From assembly GCA_045539335.1 (NCBI GenBank), contig JAZQFD010000007.1, positions 18,986 through 82,985 of the forward strand: a DNA stretch of 64,000 nucleotides, read 5' to 3'. Positions 1 through 9,069 of the stretch are shown here, in pieces. This DNA comes from Eubacteriales bacterium (GTDB taxonomy: Bacteria; Bacillota; Clostridia; Oscillospirales; QAKW01). Every line of letters begins with the position of its first letter. The first letter of the stretch is position 1. The notes under the pieces are model-generated. The model made no database searches and was not told the origin of the DNA. It saw only the letters and a program-made list of their open reading frames with translations. The position numbers and the translations under genes were made by a program.

Positions 1-1118
1 TTGGGCGCCTTGAAATTAATGAGATAGCCGATGGCGGCCGTATCCCCATAAGTGGTAATGGCGGTATAGATCAGCCGCTCCAATCCACCGGCAAAGGTGG
101 TGGTGTCAAAGGAATTGGCGGTAAAGCCTTTGGAAACCGTTCCTGCAGGCATACTGTCCCAAGCGTCGTTGACGCCGCCGTGCAGCACCACATAATCAAA
201 ATCCTGATCCTTGCTTTTGAGCAGTTGATCGTGGATCAAGCCATGGCGGTCTTTACGAGCATCCGAAAGGGAGGTGCCGCTTTTGCCGTTGTTGGTGGCA
301 ATGAGGCCGGTGGCCTCAGCGATGCGACCTGCCCAAGCGCTTTTATTTGCGGTATCCCGAGAACCGTAGCAGATGGAATCGCCCACAAAAAGGGCCGTCT
401 TCCCGGTCAGGGGATCTAAGTTGGTTTCAGCATCCGCCGTGGTGAAGGTCTGATTCTTGGTGAGCATAAAAGCATCCTTTACTTTTTCGGAAACATTGAA
501 CTGTAAATAGGTGACACCCTTTGGAACGGTATAGGAATAAATCCGCATACCACTTTCATAAGAAGCCTCTTCTTTGGAAATGGTGGCATTGATGGCCTCC
601 GTGGCTTTTCCGCTGCTGAAGGCAAAGCCGTGTACTCGCTCTGCCGCCGAGGCAGGTCCATAGGTGATGGTCTCTCCTTCTTTTACCGAAATGGCTTCGG
701 AAAGACAAACACCCTTTTGATACCCGCTTTTTCCAAAGATGGAGACTGCCGTATCGGCAGTGGCCTTTTCTTTATTGAAAAGATTTTGCAGCTTAGGCTC
801 TTCATTGGGAGTAGGTTCAGGCTCATCTGGAGTAGGCTTTTGCTGTTCCTGCTCTTGTTCTTGTTCCTGCTCCTCATCGGGAGTATCCGGGGTGGAGGGC
901 TTCTCTTCGGGCGTTTGCGGCGAAGAGGGCTTTTCTTCTTTTTCTTCTTCGGAAGGCTTTTGCTGCTCCGGTTTTGCAGGCTTTTTTTCGTCTTCTTGGG
1001 TTTCCACTTCGGTGTCAAGATCGGCGCCGACTTCAAAATCCTCGGTGTTGTCTTGGCAGGCCGTCATGGTCAGCACCAAAAGAAGGGCGCAGAGCAATGC
1101 AAAAAATCGCTTCATCAT
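1..1118 (-). CDS. Secreted lipoprotein with C-terminal SGNH/GDSL hydrolase domain (C-terminus runs off the window)
   Basis: The minus-strand frame is open from 1118 to position 1; it is absent from the ORF track because no stop lies in the window. It has a lipobox signal [21 protein letters not shown] and an E/P/K/Q-rich linker. [11 protein letters not shown] (GDS block) and HGGVNDA (GxND block) follow. It is a paralog of 1115..2857, and its ATG overlaps the upstream stop (ATGA). Confidence 0.8.
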   Translation of the reverse strand, partial: MMKRFFALLCALLLVLTMTACQDNTEDFEVGADLDTEVETQEDEKKPAKPEQQKPSEEEKEEKPSSPQTPEEKPSTPDTPDEEQEQEQEQEQQKPTPDEPEPTPNEEPKLQNLFNKEKATADTAVSIFGKSGYQKGVCLSEAISVKEGETITYGPASAAERVHGFAFSSGKATEAINATISKEEASYESGMRIYSYTVPKGVTYLQFNVSEKVKDAFMLTKNQTFTTADAETNLDPLTGKTALFVGDSICYGSRDTANKSAWAGRIAEATGLIATNNGKSGTSLSDARKDRHGLIHDQLLKSKDQDFDYVVLHGGVNDAWDSMPAGTVSKGFTANSFDTTTFAGGLERLIYTAITTYGDTAAIGYLINFKAP

Positions 1119-2857
1119 TGAGGCTGTACCTTTTCATAGGTGGCGGGCTTGCAGGGAGTGAGGCTCCGCATCATTTCAATGATGTAGGGCACAACCATTT
1201 TATAGCCCTCGCCGTTCATGTGAATAAAGTCGCCGGTATAGGTTTTATTATTCACATCCATCCGCTGTATCAGTTCATCAATTTCGTTCATGTCAAAGAA
1301 AAGAATGCCCCATTTTTCACAGATCTCTTTGGCAACCTCTAAATATTGGGGAAGATTGCCATAGTTTCCGCTGGGATGGTTGGGGAAGGCGGGGGTGAAG
1401 ATATAGGCAATGGCGGCAGTGTCGCCATAATACTCGATGGCCTTATAAATGGTATACTCCAAACCGCCGGCATAGGTGGAAATTTCGAACTCATCGATAT
1501 CATAGGAATCCGACATGCTGCCCACCTTTCTATTATGAGACATATCATTGATGCCGCCCTGGATCACCACATAGTCGTAGTCATTATTCTTTAAGGTTTC
1601 GAATTGCTTGTAAACAGGCTTTTCATTGGAAATAGTGGAACTGCCTACTCCTGCATTGGTGGCTTCAATGCCGGTTTCTTTCGCAATAAGACCGGAATAA
1701 GCATCGGGGAAGCGGGGAATGCCGGTGATGCCGTTTTTCCAGCCCTCGCAGATGGAGTCGCCCACAAAGAGGGCGGTCTTTTTCTTAAGGGGATCGATCA
1801 AGCTGCTGCCTTTTTCGCCGGTCAGAGTTTCATATTCTGCGGTGTTGAAGGCTTTATTCTTGGTGGCGGCGAATTTGGTTTTCAGTTCATTATCGACCAC
1901 CAGTCGAATGGAGGAAACCCCTTCGGGTACCGTATAGGTATAGATCTTCAATCCCTTTTCAAAGGTGCCTTCTTCTTTGAGAATGCCGCCGTTGATAAGG
2001 GTGGTGGCTTTGCCCTTGGCATCATAACCAAAGGCTTGCACTACCTGTGCCGAAGAAGCGGGACCAAAGGTCAAGGTGTCTCCCTTATTCACAACAATGG
2101 CATGAGAAAGATGCTGTGCAGAGGAGGTCTTCTCTTTGCCGGCCCAATCAATGGTTTTGCCGGTGCTGTCCAAAGCGCCGTCGTAGAGGTTAACGCCGTT
2201 CTTTTGATCAAAATGATAATAATATTCGGTCTCGGTCATTTCCTGACCCTTGGAGATCAAGAACTTCTCGGCATAGCCATCGGGGGCTTTTACCGTCATG
2301 GAACCGGCCGAAGTAGCCTTATAGGAATAAAGACGATAGCCGCCGCCGAATTTATAAACCTCGGTCACAGCGCTCTTGTTCACTCCGCTGCCTCCAAAGG
2401 TGGCAACCTCTTCGGCGGTGATAGGCATGGGGCCAAACCAAACGGTCTCACCTGCCGCCACATCAAAAGCCTTGCCGGCCGTTTGCAGCTTGGTCAGGGT
2501 GGCAATCACCGTGCCGGTGGAGGGGTTTTCTTGTCCGCCATCGGGAGTGGGCTTGTTTGCTTCCTCTTTATTATTGTTGGGTGTTTTATCGTCCGGCTCA
2601 TCGTCGGAAGGCTTTTTGTCAGGATCGGAGTCCGAGGGAGTTTCGTCTTTCTCATCGGGCTTGGAAGGATCCTTGGGATCGGAGTCTGAGGGAGTCTCGT
2701 CCTTCTCGTTGGGCTTGGAGGAAGAATCGTCTTTATCGGTATTGTTGATATCGATGTCTCCGCCCACATCAAAATCCTCTTCTTGAGAGGCACAGCCGGT
2801 CAGCATGGTGATCATCATGGCGATGATCAATAAAAAAACACCCATTCGGTTTGTCAT
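1115..2857 (-). CDS. Secreted lipoprotein, two beta-sandwich-like repeats plus SGNH/GDSL hydrolase domain
   Basis: 580-aa ORF with a lipobox LTGCAS and an acidic D/E/P/S/K linker. SGNH blocks are [17 protein letters not shown] and [10 protein letters not shown]. Its start overlaps the metA stop (ATGA). Confidence 0.85.
   Translation of the reverse strand: MTNRMGVFLLIIAMMITMLTGCASQEEDFDVGGDIDINNTDKDDSSSKPNEKDETPSDSDPKDPSKPDEKDETPSDSDPDKKPSDDEPDDKTPNNNKEEANKPTPDGGQENPSTGTVIATLTKLQTAGKAFDVAAGETVWFGPMPITAEEVATFGGSGVNKSAVTEVYKFGGGYRLYSYKATSAGSMTVKAPDGYAEKFLISKGQEMTETEYYYHFDQKNGVNLYDGALDSTGKTIDWAGKEKTSSAQHLSHAIVVNKGDTLTFGPASSAQVVQAFGYDAKGKATTLINGGILKEEGTFEKGLKIYTYTVPEGVSSIRLVVDNELKTKFAATKNKAFNTAEYETLTGEKGSSLIDPLKKKTALFVGDSICEGWKNGITGIPRFPDAYSGLIAKETGIEATNAGVGSSTISNEKPVYKQFETLKNNDYDYVVIQGGINDMSHNRKVGSMSDSYDIDEFEISTYAGGLEYTIYKAIEYYGDTAAIAYIFTPAFPNHPSGNYGNLPQYLEVAKEICEKWGILFFDMNEIDELIQRMDVNNKTYTGDFIHMNGEGYKMVVPYIIEMMRSLTPCKPATYEKVQPQ
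2622..2729. repeat. Two imperfect 54-bp tandem repeats inside the acidic linker coding region
   Basis: GGATCGGAGTC(C/T)GAGGGAGT(T/C)TCGTC..GGGCTTGGA(A/G)G occurs twice with a 54-nt period. It encodes [18 protein letters not shown] / [17 protein letters not shown]. Confidence 0.6.
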
Positions 2858-3789
2858 TTTTTCTTTTCTCCTTTGTTGAGTTTAGTCAGATCATAGGGAG
2901 TGGTCTGATATACAAAATAGTTGAGCCAGTTGCTGTACAGCAGGTTGGCGCAGGAGCGCCAGGTAACATTCGGCTTTTTCTTGGGATCGTCGTTGGGAAA
3001 GTAGTTTTTGGGAATGGAAATGGGCTTCCCTTGGGAAAGATCCCGCTGATATTCATTATTGAGGGTCATGGCATCATATTCCGAATGGCCGGTAATAAAG
3101 ATCTGCTTGCCTCGCTTGGTGGAAACGGCGTAAACGCCTGCTTCCTTAGAGGAGGCCAAGATCTTCAGTTCGGGCACCGCCTCAATATCCTCTCGCCGCA
3201 CAGTGGTATGGCGGGAATGAGGAACCATGAAGGTATCATCAAAGCCACGGAACAAAATGGATTTTTTATGATCCAGCTTATGAGGGAAGATGCCAAACAT
3301 TTTTTCCGGCAGAGGCTGTTTGCCGATGCCGAAATGATAGTAAAGACCGGCTTGTGCACCCCAGCAGATGTGGAAGGTGCTGTGCACATGGGTTTTGCTC
3401 CATTCCATAATGGTACAAAGCTCTTCCCAATAGTCCACCTCTTCAAAGGGCAGATGCTCCACCGGTGCGCCGGTGATGATCAGACCGTCGAAGTTGCGAT
3501 CCTTAATGTCGTCAAAGGTCTTGTAAAAGGCCAACAGATGCTCTTCCGAAACATTTTGAGATTCATGGGTTTTGGTGTGAATCAGTTCCAGCTCCACCTG
3601 CAAAGGAGTGTTACCCAACAGGCGGGAAAGCTGCGTCTCTGTTTCAATCTTCTTGGGCATCAGGTTCAAAAGTAAGATCTGCAGAGGGCGCATATCCTGA
3701 GAAAGAGCCCGAGTCTCATTCATCACAAAGATGTTTTCTTTTTGCAAAGTGTCGGCGGCAGGTAAGCCGGCGGGAATTTTAATGGGCAT
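2854..3789 (-). CDS. metA: Homoserine O-acyltransferase (MetA family)
   Basis: 311-aa ORF. The N-terminus [41 protein letters not shown] is the typical MetA signature. Confidence 0.93.
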   Translation of the reverse strand: MPIKIPAGLPAADTLQKENIFVMNETRALSQDMRPLQILLLNLMPKKIETETQLSRLLGNTPLQVELELIHTKTHESQNVSEEHLLAFYKTFDDIKDRNFDGLIITGAPVEHLPFEEVDYWEELCTIMEWSKTHVHSTFHICWGAQAGLYYHFGIGKQPLPEKMFGIFPHKLDHKKSILFRGFDDTFMVPHSRHTTVRREDIEAVPELKILASSKEAGVYAVSTKRGKQIFITGHSEYDAMTLNNEYQRDLSQGKPISIPKNYFPNDDPKKKPNVTWRSCANLLYSNWLNYFVYQTTPYDLTKLNKGEKKK

Positions 3790-3808
3790 GGGTCATGCCT
3801 CCTGTCGT

Positions 3809-5098
3809 TTATTTTACAAATTCAAGGGCCTGCTCAATGTCGGCGATCAGATCATCGGCGTGTTCCAGACCGCAGGAATATCCAACCAAGTCGCCGGAGA
3901 TACCGCAGGCAATCAGCTCTTGCTCGTTCATCTGGCGGTGGGTGGCGGTAGCAGGATGCAGGCAGCAGGTGCGGGCATCAGCCACATGGGTCTCAATGGC
4001 GGCCACATTCAACTTCTGCATAAAGAGGCTTGCGGCTTCCTTGCCGCCCTTCACGCCGAAGCTGATCACGCCGCATCCGCCGTTTCCGCCCAGATATTTC
4101 TCGGCTTTGGCGTGCTCAGGGTCATTTTTAAGACCGGGATAGCGCACCCAGCTGATTTTGGGATGCTTCTCTAAATATTCGGCGATCTTCAAGGCATTCT
4201 CGCAATGGCGGGGCATCCGCACATGGAGACTCTCAATGCCCAAATTCAAGATAAAGGCGTTTTGAGGAGATTGAATGGAGCCCAGATCTCGCATCAGCTG
4301 AGCGGTGGCTTTGGTGATGTAAGCCCCTTCCAAGCCAAAACGCTCGGTATAGGTCACTCCGTGGTAGCTGTCGTCGGGGGTGCACAGACCGGGGAATTTA
4401 TCGGGATACTTGGTCCAGTCAAATTTACCGGAATCCACAATGCAACCGCCTACTGCCGCACCGTGACCGTCCAGATACTTGGTGGTGGAGTGGATCACGA
4501 TATCAGCGCCCCATTCGATGGGACGGCAGTTGATGGGGGTAGCAAAGGTATTATCGATAATCAGGGGTACCCCGTGGGCATGGGCGGCGTTGGCGAACTT
4601 TTCAATATCCAATACCACCAAAGCGGGGTTGGCAATGGTCTCGCCGAAAACAGCTTTGGTCTCAGGGCGGAATGCAGCGTTAAGCTCTTCCTCGGTACAA
4701 TCGGGAGAAACGAAGGTGAATTCAATGCCCATCCGCTTCATGGTCACCGCAAAAAGATTGTAGGTGCCGCCGTAGATGGTGGAGCTGGCCACCACATGAT
4801 CGCCGTTGCCGGCAATGTTAAACACACTGTAGAATGAAGCCGCCTGACCGGAGGAGGTCAGCATGGCGGCGGTGCCGCCCTCTAAGGCGCAGATTTTTGC
4901 CGCTACCGTATCGCAGGTGGGGTTCTGCAGGCGGGAATAAAAATAGCCGCTTGCCTCCAGGTCAAAGAGCTTGCCCATGTCTTCGCTGGTGGCATATTTA
5001 AAAGTGGTGCTTTGAATAATGGGAACCTGCCGAGGCTCGCCGTTTCCGGGGGTGTAGCCCCCCTGCACACATTTGGTTTCGATTTTTTGATTGTTCAT
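3809..5098 (-). CDS. metY: O-acetylhomoserine sulfhydrylase (PLP-dependent, Cys/Met metabolism family)
   Basis: 429 aa. It shows KCVQGGY..PIIQSTTFKY and HSTTKYLDGHG (PLP lysine motif). Confidence 0.92.
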   Translation of the reverse strand: MNNQKIETKCVQGGYTPGNGEPRQVPIIQSTTFKYATSEDMGKLFDLEASGYFYSRLQNPTCDTVAAKICALEGGTAAMLTSSGQAASFYSVFNIAGNGDHVVASSTIYGGTYNLFAVTMKRMGIEFTFVSPDCTEEELNAAFRPETKAVFGETIANPALVVLDIEKFANAAHAHGVPLIIDNTFATPINCRPIEWGADIVIHSTTKYLDGHGAAVGGCIVDSGKFDWTKYPDKFPGLCTPDDSYHGVTYTERFGLEGAYITKATAQLMRDLGSIQSPQNAFILNLGIESLHVRMPRHCENALKIAEYLEKHPKISWVRYPGLKNDPEHAKAEKYLGGNGGCGVISFGVKGGKEAASLFMQKLNVAAIETHVADARTCCLHPATATHRQMNEQELIACGISGDLVGYSCGLEHADDLIADIEQALEFVK

Positions 5099-5135
5099 AG
5101 TAAGTACCTCCTTGGTAGACTATATATACAGAAAA

Positions 5136-5164
5136 ATTATATCAATATGAATAGGGATTGTCAA
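5136..5164 (-). promoter_or_regulatory. Sigma-70-type promoter for metY-metA
   Basis: The minus strand reads TTGACA (5164..5159), a 17-nt spacer, then TATAAT (5141..5136), about 38 nt upstream of the metY ATG. Confidence 0.6.
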
Positions 5165-5220
5165 TATTGAAAACCATTGGAAAGTGTGATATTCTTTAAG
5201 AAAGAAAGGGGTGTAAACCC

Positions 5221-5790
5221 ATGGAAAAACTATTGCTTCATATCTGCTGTGCCCCTTGTTCGGTGGCCTGTATTCAGCAGTTGCGGGAGGAGGGGATTGA
5301 GCCTACCGGCTTTTGGTATAATCCCAATATCCATCCCTATATGGAATACCGTGCCCGTCGGGACACATTGATCGAATATGCTAAGGCCATCCATCTTGCC
5401 TTGGAGGTGGAGGATGAATATGGATTGCGCTCCTTCACCAAGGCGGTGGCAGACCATCCGGAAAATCGCTGTGCCTATTGCTATGCAGTACGGCTGGAAG
5501 AAACCGCTCGCTATGCCAAGGAGCATGGATTCACCGCCATCGCCACCACCCTCACCGTTTCCCCCTATCAGAATCATCCGCTGATCTTTGAAATCGGGGA
5601 GCGGGTGGCCAAAAAGCATGGAGTGAAGTTCTTGCCCTATGATTTCTCGCCCCGTTTTCGAGAGGGGCAGGCCGAGGCAAGAGCGCAAGAACTTTATATG
5701 CAAAAATACTGCGGCTGTATCTATTCCGAAGAAGACCGCTACCAACAAAAAATCGAAAAAGATAAAAAGAGATTTGGGAAGGCGGAGTAG
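5221..5790 (+). CDS. queH: Epoxyqueuosine reductase QueH (DUF208)
   Basis: 189 aa with LLLHICCAPCS, RCAYCY and CGCIYSE cysteine motifs. Confidence 0.85.
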   Translation: MEKLLLHICCAPCSVACIQQLREEGIEPTGFWYNPNIHPYMEYRARRDTLIEYAKAIHLALEVEDEYGLRSFTKAVADHPENRCAYCYAVRLEETARYAKEHGFTAIATTLTVSPYQNHPLIFEIGERVAKKHGVKFLPYDFSPRFREGQAEARAQELYMQKYCGCIYSEEDRYQQKIEKDKKRFGKAE

Positions 5791-5811
5791 GGAGATGCTC
5801 TCCGCCAAAAG

Positions 5812-5842
5812 AAAAAGGGCCTCCCTTGCGGGTGCCCTTTTT
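5812..5842. terminator. Bidirectional rho-independent terminator (queH / tRNA-Ser)
   Basis: AAAAAGGGCctCCCttgcGGGtGCCCTTTTT is an interrupted GC stem flanked by an A-tract and a T-tract. Confidence 0.55.
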
Positions 5843-5846
5843 CTTT

Positions 5847-5935
5847 TGGCGGAGGGTGTGGGATTCGAACCCACGTGGGATCTCTCCCAAACGGTTTTCA
5901 AGACCGCCTCGTTATGACCACTTCGATAACCCTCC
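5847..5935 (-). tRNA. tRNA-Ser (anticodon UGA)
   Basis: The reverse complement GGAGGGT...GCGGT CTTGAAA ACCGT...GTGGGTTCGAATCCCAC ACCCTCC GCCA has all expected parts. These are a 7-bp acceptor stem, an anticodon loop with TGA, a long variable arm, a T-loop TTCGAAT and an encoded CCA. Length is 89 nt. Confidence 0.92.
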
Positions 5936-5993
5936 CAGCGCCTCATTATTATAATCATTTTTCAATTTTATGTCAAGGGGAGAAAATCGGTTC

Positions 5994-6022
5994 TTTACAG
6001 ATCTTCTTCTTTTTGTTACAAT
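5994..6022 (+). promoter_or_regulatory. Sigma-70-type promoter for srtB
   Basis: TTTACA, 17 nt, then TACAAT preceded by TGT (extended -10). Confidence 0.5.
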
Positions 6023-6052
6023 AATAGAAATGCGAAAAGGAAGGAGCCGACC

Positions 6053-6823
6053 ATGGAAAAGAAGAAAAAGCTTGGTCAAATTTTATATTGGACGGTTTTG
6101 ATTGTGGCCGGCAGTGTCTTTTTGGTGGCCGCTTTTATGGTGGGAAAGTATTTTTACGATGCCCAAAAAAGCGAAAAGCAATTTAATGCTTTGGAGCAGA
6201 TGATTGTGGCGCCTCCGCCGGTGGTGGAGGAAACGCCGATGCCGGAAGAGGAGTTTACCCCCGCTAAGCAATATGGGGCTCTTTATGAGCAAAACAATGA
6301 TTTTGCCGGCTGGATTTCCTTGGAGGGCACGGTTCTGAATTATCCGGTCATGCAGACGGTGGAGAATCCCAATTATTATTTGCGCCGTGGCTTTGATAAG
6401 ACCTATGATTATTATGGGGTGCCCTATGTGGCGGAGCATTGCGATCTTAAAACCTCCGATAATGTGGTGATTTACGGTCATCACATGGACAACGGCACCA
6501 TGTTTTCCCCTTTGAAGAAATATGTTTATAAGGATTTCTGGAATGCCCATCCTACCTTGCGCTTTGATACCATGGAGGAATTCGGCACCTATCAGGTCTT
6601 TGCCGTATTTAAGATCAAGGCCAGCGATTCCTTTGCGTATCATATGTTTGCCGATGCCGCCAATGCGGCGGAATTCGATGCCTTTGTCAGCGAGTGCAAA
6701 AGCCGCTCTCGCTACGATACCGGCATCACGCCGGTCTATGGCGATCGGCTGTTGACCCTCTCTACCTGCGAGTATTCTCAAACCAATGGGCGCCTTGTGG
6801 TGGTCGCCAAAAAAATTGCATAA
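6053..6823 (+). CDS. srtB: Class B sortase
   Basis: 256 aa with an N-terminal TM segment. It shows NNDFAGWISLEGTVLNYPVMQ, VIYGHHM and the catalytic LTLSTCEY motif. Confidence 0.88.
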   Translation: MEKKKKLGQILYWTVLIVAGSVFLVAAFMVGKYFYDAQKSEKQFNALEQMIVAPPPVVEETPMPEEEFTPAKQYGALYEQNNDFAGWISLEGTVLNYPVMQTVENPNYYLRRGFDKTYDYYGVPYVAEHCDLKTSDNVVIYGHHMDNGTMFSPLKKYVYKDFWNAHPTLRFDTMEEFGTYQVFAVFKIKASDSFAYHMFADAANAAEFDAFVSECKSRSRYDTGITPVYGDRLLTLSTCEYSQTNGRLVVVAKKIA

Positions 6824-6830
6824 ACAAACG

Positions 6831-6862
6831 AAGTCCTGCCGAAAGATCGGCAGGACTTTTAG
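6831..6862 (+). terminator. Rho-independent terminator after srtB
   Basis: AGTCCTGCCgaaagatcGGCAGGACTTTT. Confidence 0.7.
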
Positions 6863-6927
6863 TTTTTTTTCACCCTGCCTTTGCTCCTTACATAGAATGA
6901 AACAGCACATAAAAAGGAGCCATTCTT

Positions 6928-7179
6928 ATGATAAAGATACAGACCCTTGCTACTCTGAGGCAAGGGCAAGAAGGGAGGGTGCTTTCCTTGGAGAATACGG
7001 GAAGCATTCGCCGGCGGTTATTGGATCTGGGACTGATTGAGGGAACAGCGGTTATTTGCCTAGGCAGCAGCCCCGGCGGAGGGATGCGTGCCTATCGGAT
7101 CCGGGGTGCGGTGATTGCCCTTCGGAAAGGGGATAGCGAAAAGGTATTGATCGAAGGGGTGGAGATGGATGATGAATGA
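6928..7179 (+). CDS. feoA: FeoA family iron transport protein
   Basis: 83 aa with an SH3-like FeoA pattern L..L..G..G.V..L...G..RRRLLDLGL..G. It overlaps feoB by 11 nt. Confidence 0.88.
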   Translation: MIKIQTLATLRQGQEGRVLSLENTGSIRRRLLDLGLIEGTAVICLGSSPGGGMRAYRIRGAVIALRKGDSEKVLIEGVEMDDE

Positions 7180-8962
7180 GGCAACCGTGATTGCCCTGAT
7201 GGGCAATCCCAATGTGGGGAAAAGCACGTTATTTAATGCCTTGACCGGGATGCACCAGCATACCGGAAATTGGCCGGGAAAGACGGTGGAGGTGGCCAAA
7301 GGTTCTTTTGGCGCCTACACGCTGGTGGATCTTCCCGGTACTTATTCTTTACATGCCCATTCTCCCGAAGAAGAGGTAGCCAGAGATTTTCTTTGCAGTG
7401 GGCAGGCGGCGGGGTGTATTGTGGTGTGCGATGCCACCTGCTTGGAGCGGAATCTGAATTTGGCTCTGCAGACCATGGCCCTTTGCCCCAAGGTGCTTTT
7501 ATGCCTGAATTTAATGGATGAGGCCGCCCGTAAGGGCATTAAGGTGGATCTTCCCCTTTTGGAACAGAGGCTGGGGGTGCCGGTGGTGGGGGTGACTGCC
7601 CGCAAAAAGAAAAGCCTTGCCGCTCTTTGCCGGCGGCTGGAGGAATGGGTCGAAGCTCCCGCTCCTGTCTTGGAGCAGCCGGAAGATCCTATTGCTGCCG
7701 CCGAAGCCCTTTGCAAAGAAGTGGTGCGGCAGGAAAAGGAACGTCCTCTCTTGGGAAAATGGGATCGTTTTTTTACCGGGAAATATACTGCCTATCCCAT
7801 GATGATCGCTCTTTTGGCGGTGGTGCTTTGGCTGACTATGGTGGGAGCCAATTACCCGTCGGAATTGCTTTCAGAGGCTTTTTTCCATCTGGAGGAGTGG
7901 CTGACCATTTGGCTGGAAAGATGGAATGTACCCCCTTGGTTGATCGGCGCTTTGATTCATGGGGCGTTTCGGGTGCTGGGCTGGGTGGTTTCGGTGATGC
8001 TGCCGCCCATGGCCATCTTTTTCCCCCTCTTTACCCTGTTGGAGGATGCAGGCTATCTGCCTCGTATCGCTTATAATTTAGACGGCGCTTTTCAAAAATG
8101 CCGTGCCTGCGGCAAGCAGGCGCTGACCATGTGTATGGGCTTTGGTTGCAATGCGGTGGGGGTGACCGGATGCCGCATCATCGATTCTCCCAGAGAGCGG
8201 TTGATCGCCATTTTGACCAATAGTTTTGTGCCCTGCAACGGTCGTTTCCCCACCCTCATTGCGCTGATCACCATGTTTTTTGTGGGAGTGCGGAGCGGAG
8301 CGCTGGGGTCGGTGGCTTCGGCGGGCTTGCTGACGGCGTTTATCCTTTTAGGAATCCTGGTGACCTTTGGCGTCTCCCGCCTTCTTTCGGAGACCTTGCT
8401 CAAAGGGTTGCCCTCCTCCTTTACCTTAGAGCTCCCACCTTATCGTCCCCCTCAGATCGGCAAGGTTTTAATCCGCTCGGTATTGGACCGCACTCTCTTT
8501 GTGTTGGGCAGGGCAGCGGCGGTGGCGGCGCCTGCAGGGCTGATTCTTTGGCTCCTTGCCAATGTTACTCTGGGGGAGATAAGTCTGCTTTCTCATGTTG
8601 CGGGGTTTTTGGATCCCTTGGGGCGGTTATTGGGGATGGACGGCGTGATCCTCATGGCCTTTCTTTTGGGTTTCCCTGCCAATGAGATTGTGTTGCCTAT
8701 CATTTTGATGACCTATCTCTCCCAAGGCACCTTAACGGAGATGGGGGATCTTTTTGCCATCAAGGAGATTTTGGTTGCCCATGGTTGGACGGCCACCACT
8801 GCTCTTTGCACCCTGCTTTTTTCTTTGTTTCATTGGCCCTGCTCCACCACCCTGCTGACGGTAAAAAAAGAAACCGGAAGCTGGGGCTGGACGGCGGTGG
8901 CGGCACTGCTGCCTACTTTTGTGGGTGCGCTTCTTTGTTTTTTTCTTCAGTTGGTTTTTTAA
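7169..8962 (+). CDS. feoB: Ferrous iron transporter FeoB
   Basis: 597 aa with the G-domain motif GNPNVGKSTLFNALTG, followed by a polytopic membrane domain. Confidence 0.93.
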   Translation: MMNEATVIALMGNPNVGKSTLFNALTGMHQHTGNWPGKTVEVAKGSFGAYTLVDLPGTYSLHAHSPEEEVARDFLCSGQAAGCIVVCDATCLERNLNLALQTMALCPKVLLCLNLMDEAARKGIKVDLPLLEQRLGVPVVGVTARKKKSLAALCRRLEEWVEAPAPVLEQPEDPIAAAEALCKEVVRQEKERPLLGKWDRFFTGKYTAYPMMIALLAVVLWLTMVGANYPSELLSEAFFHLEEWLTIWLERWNVPPWLIGALIHGAFRVLGWVVSVMLPPMAIFFPLFTLLEDAGYLPRIAYNLDGAFQKCRACGKQALTMCMGFGCNAVGVTGCRIIDSPRERLIAILTNSFVPCNGRFPTLIALITMFFVGVRSGALGSVASAGLLTAFILLGILVTFGVSRLLSETLLKGLPSSFTLELPPYRPPQIGKVLIRSVLDRTLFVLGRAAAVAAPAGLILWLLANVTLGEISLLSHVAGFLDPLGRLLGMDGVILMAFLLGFPANEIVLPIILMTYLSQGTLTEMGDLFAIKEILVAHGWTATTALCTLLFSLFHWPCSTTLLTVKKETGSWGWTAVAALLPTFVGALLCFFLQLVF

Positions 8963-9009
8963 GGAAACGCTTTTGCATATCACATGAGGCAATTTGCTCT
9001 CAGGATCGA

Positions 9010-9038
9010 TTGACACCCCTTTTTGGTTATGCTAAAAT
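9010..9038 (+). promoter_or_regulatory. Sigma-70-type promoter for sdaA
   Basis: TTGACA, 17 nt, then TAAAAT. Confidence 0.55.
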
Positions 9039-9069
9039 AGAAGAAATAAAAGCATTCGGAGGATAATAA

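Noticed and set aside
630-1161. Overlapping ORFs (630-1121, 683-1036, 739-1161) with L/F-, K/S- or S/G-rich low-complexity translations.
   Set aside because: They are alternative frames and strands across the acidic-linker coding repeat of the first SGNH lipoprotein gene. The minus-strand frame that is continuous with the SGNH domain is the real one.
1604-2689. Long ORFs antisense to recognised genes. Examples: 1604-2689, 5230-5958, 6083-6910, 9358-10215, 11377-12204, 12728-13555, 25034-25702, 36203-37495, 52256-52948, 53222-54019 and 58883-59953.
   Set aside because: These are shadow ORFs, typical of GC-rich coding DNA. In every case the opposite strand encodes a protein with clear family motifs. 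The shadow ORFs lack RBSs and have Gly/Arg/His-rich, low-information sequences.
5099-5220. An expected S-box (SAM) riboswitch upstream of metY. The same expectation applied upstream of metF at 33876-33973.
   Set aside because: The promoter-to-ATG distance is about 38 nt. Neither intergenic region contains the conserved S-box helices, and both are too short and AT-rich.
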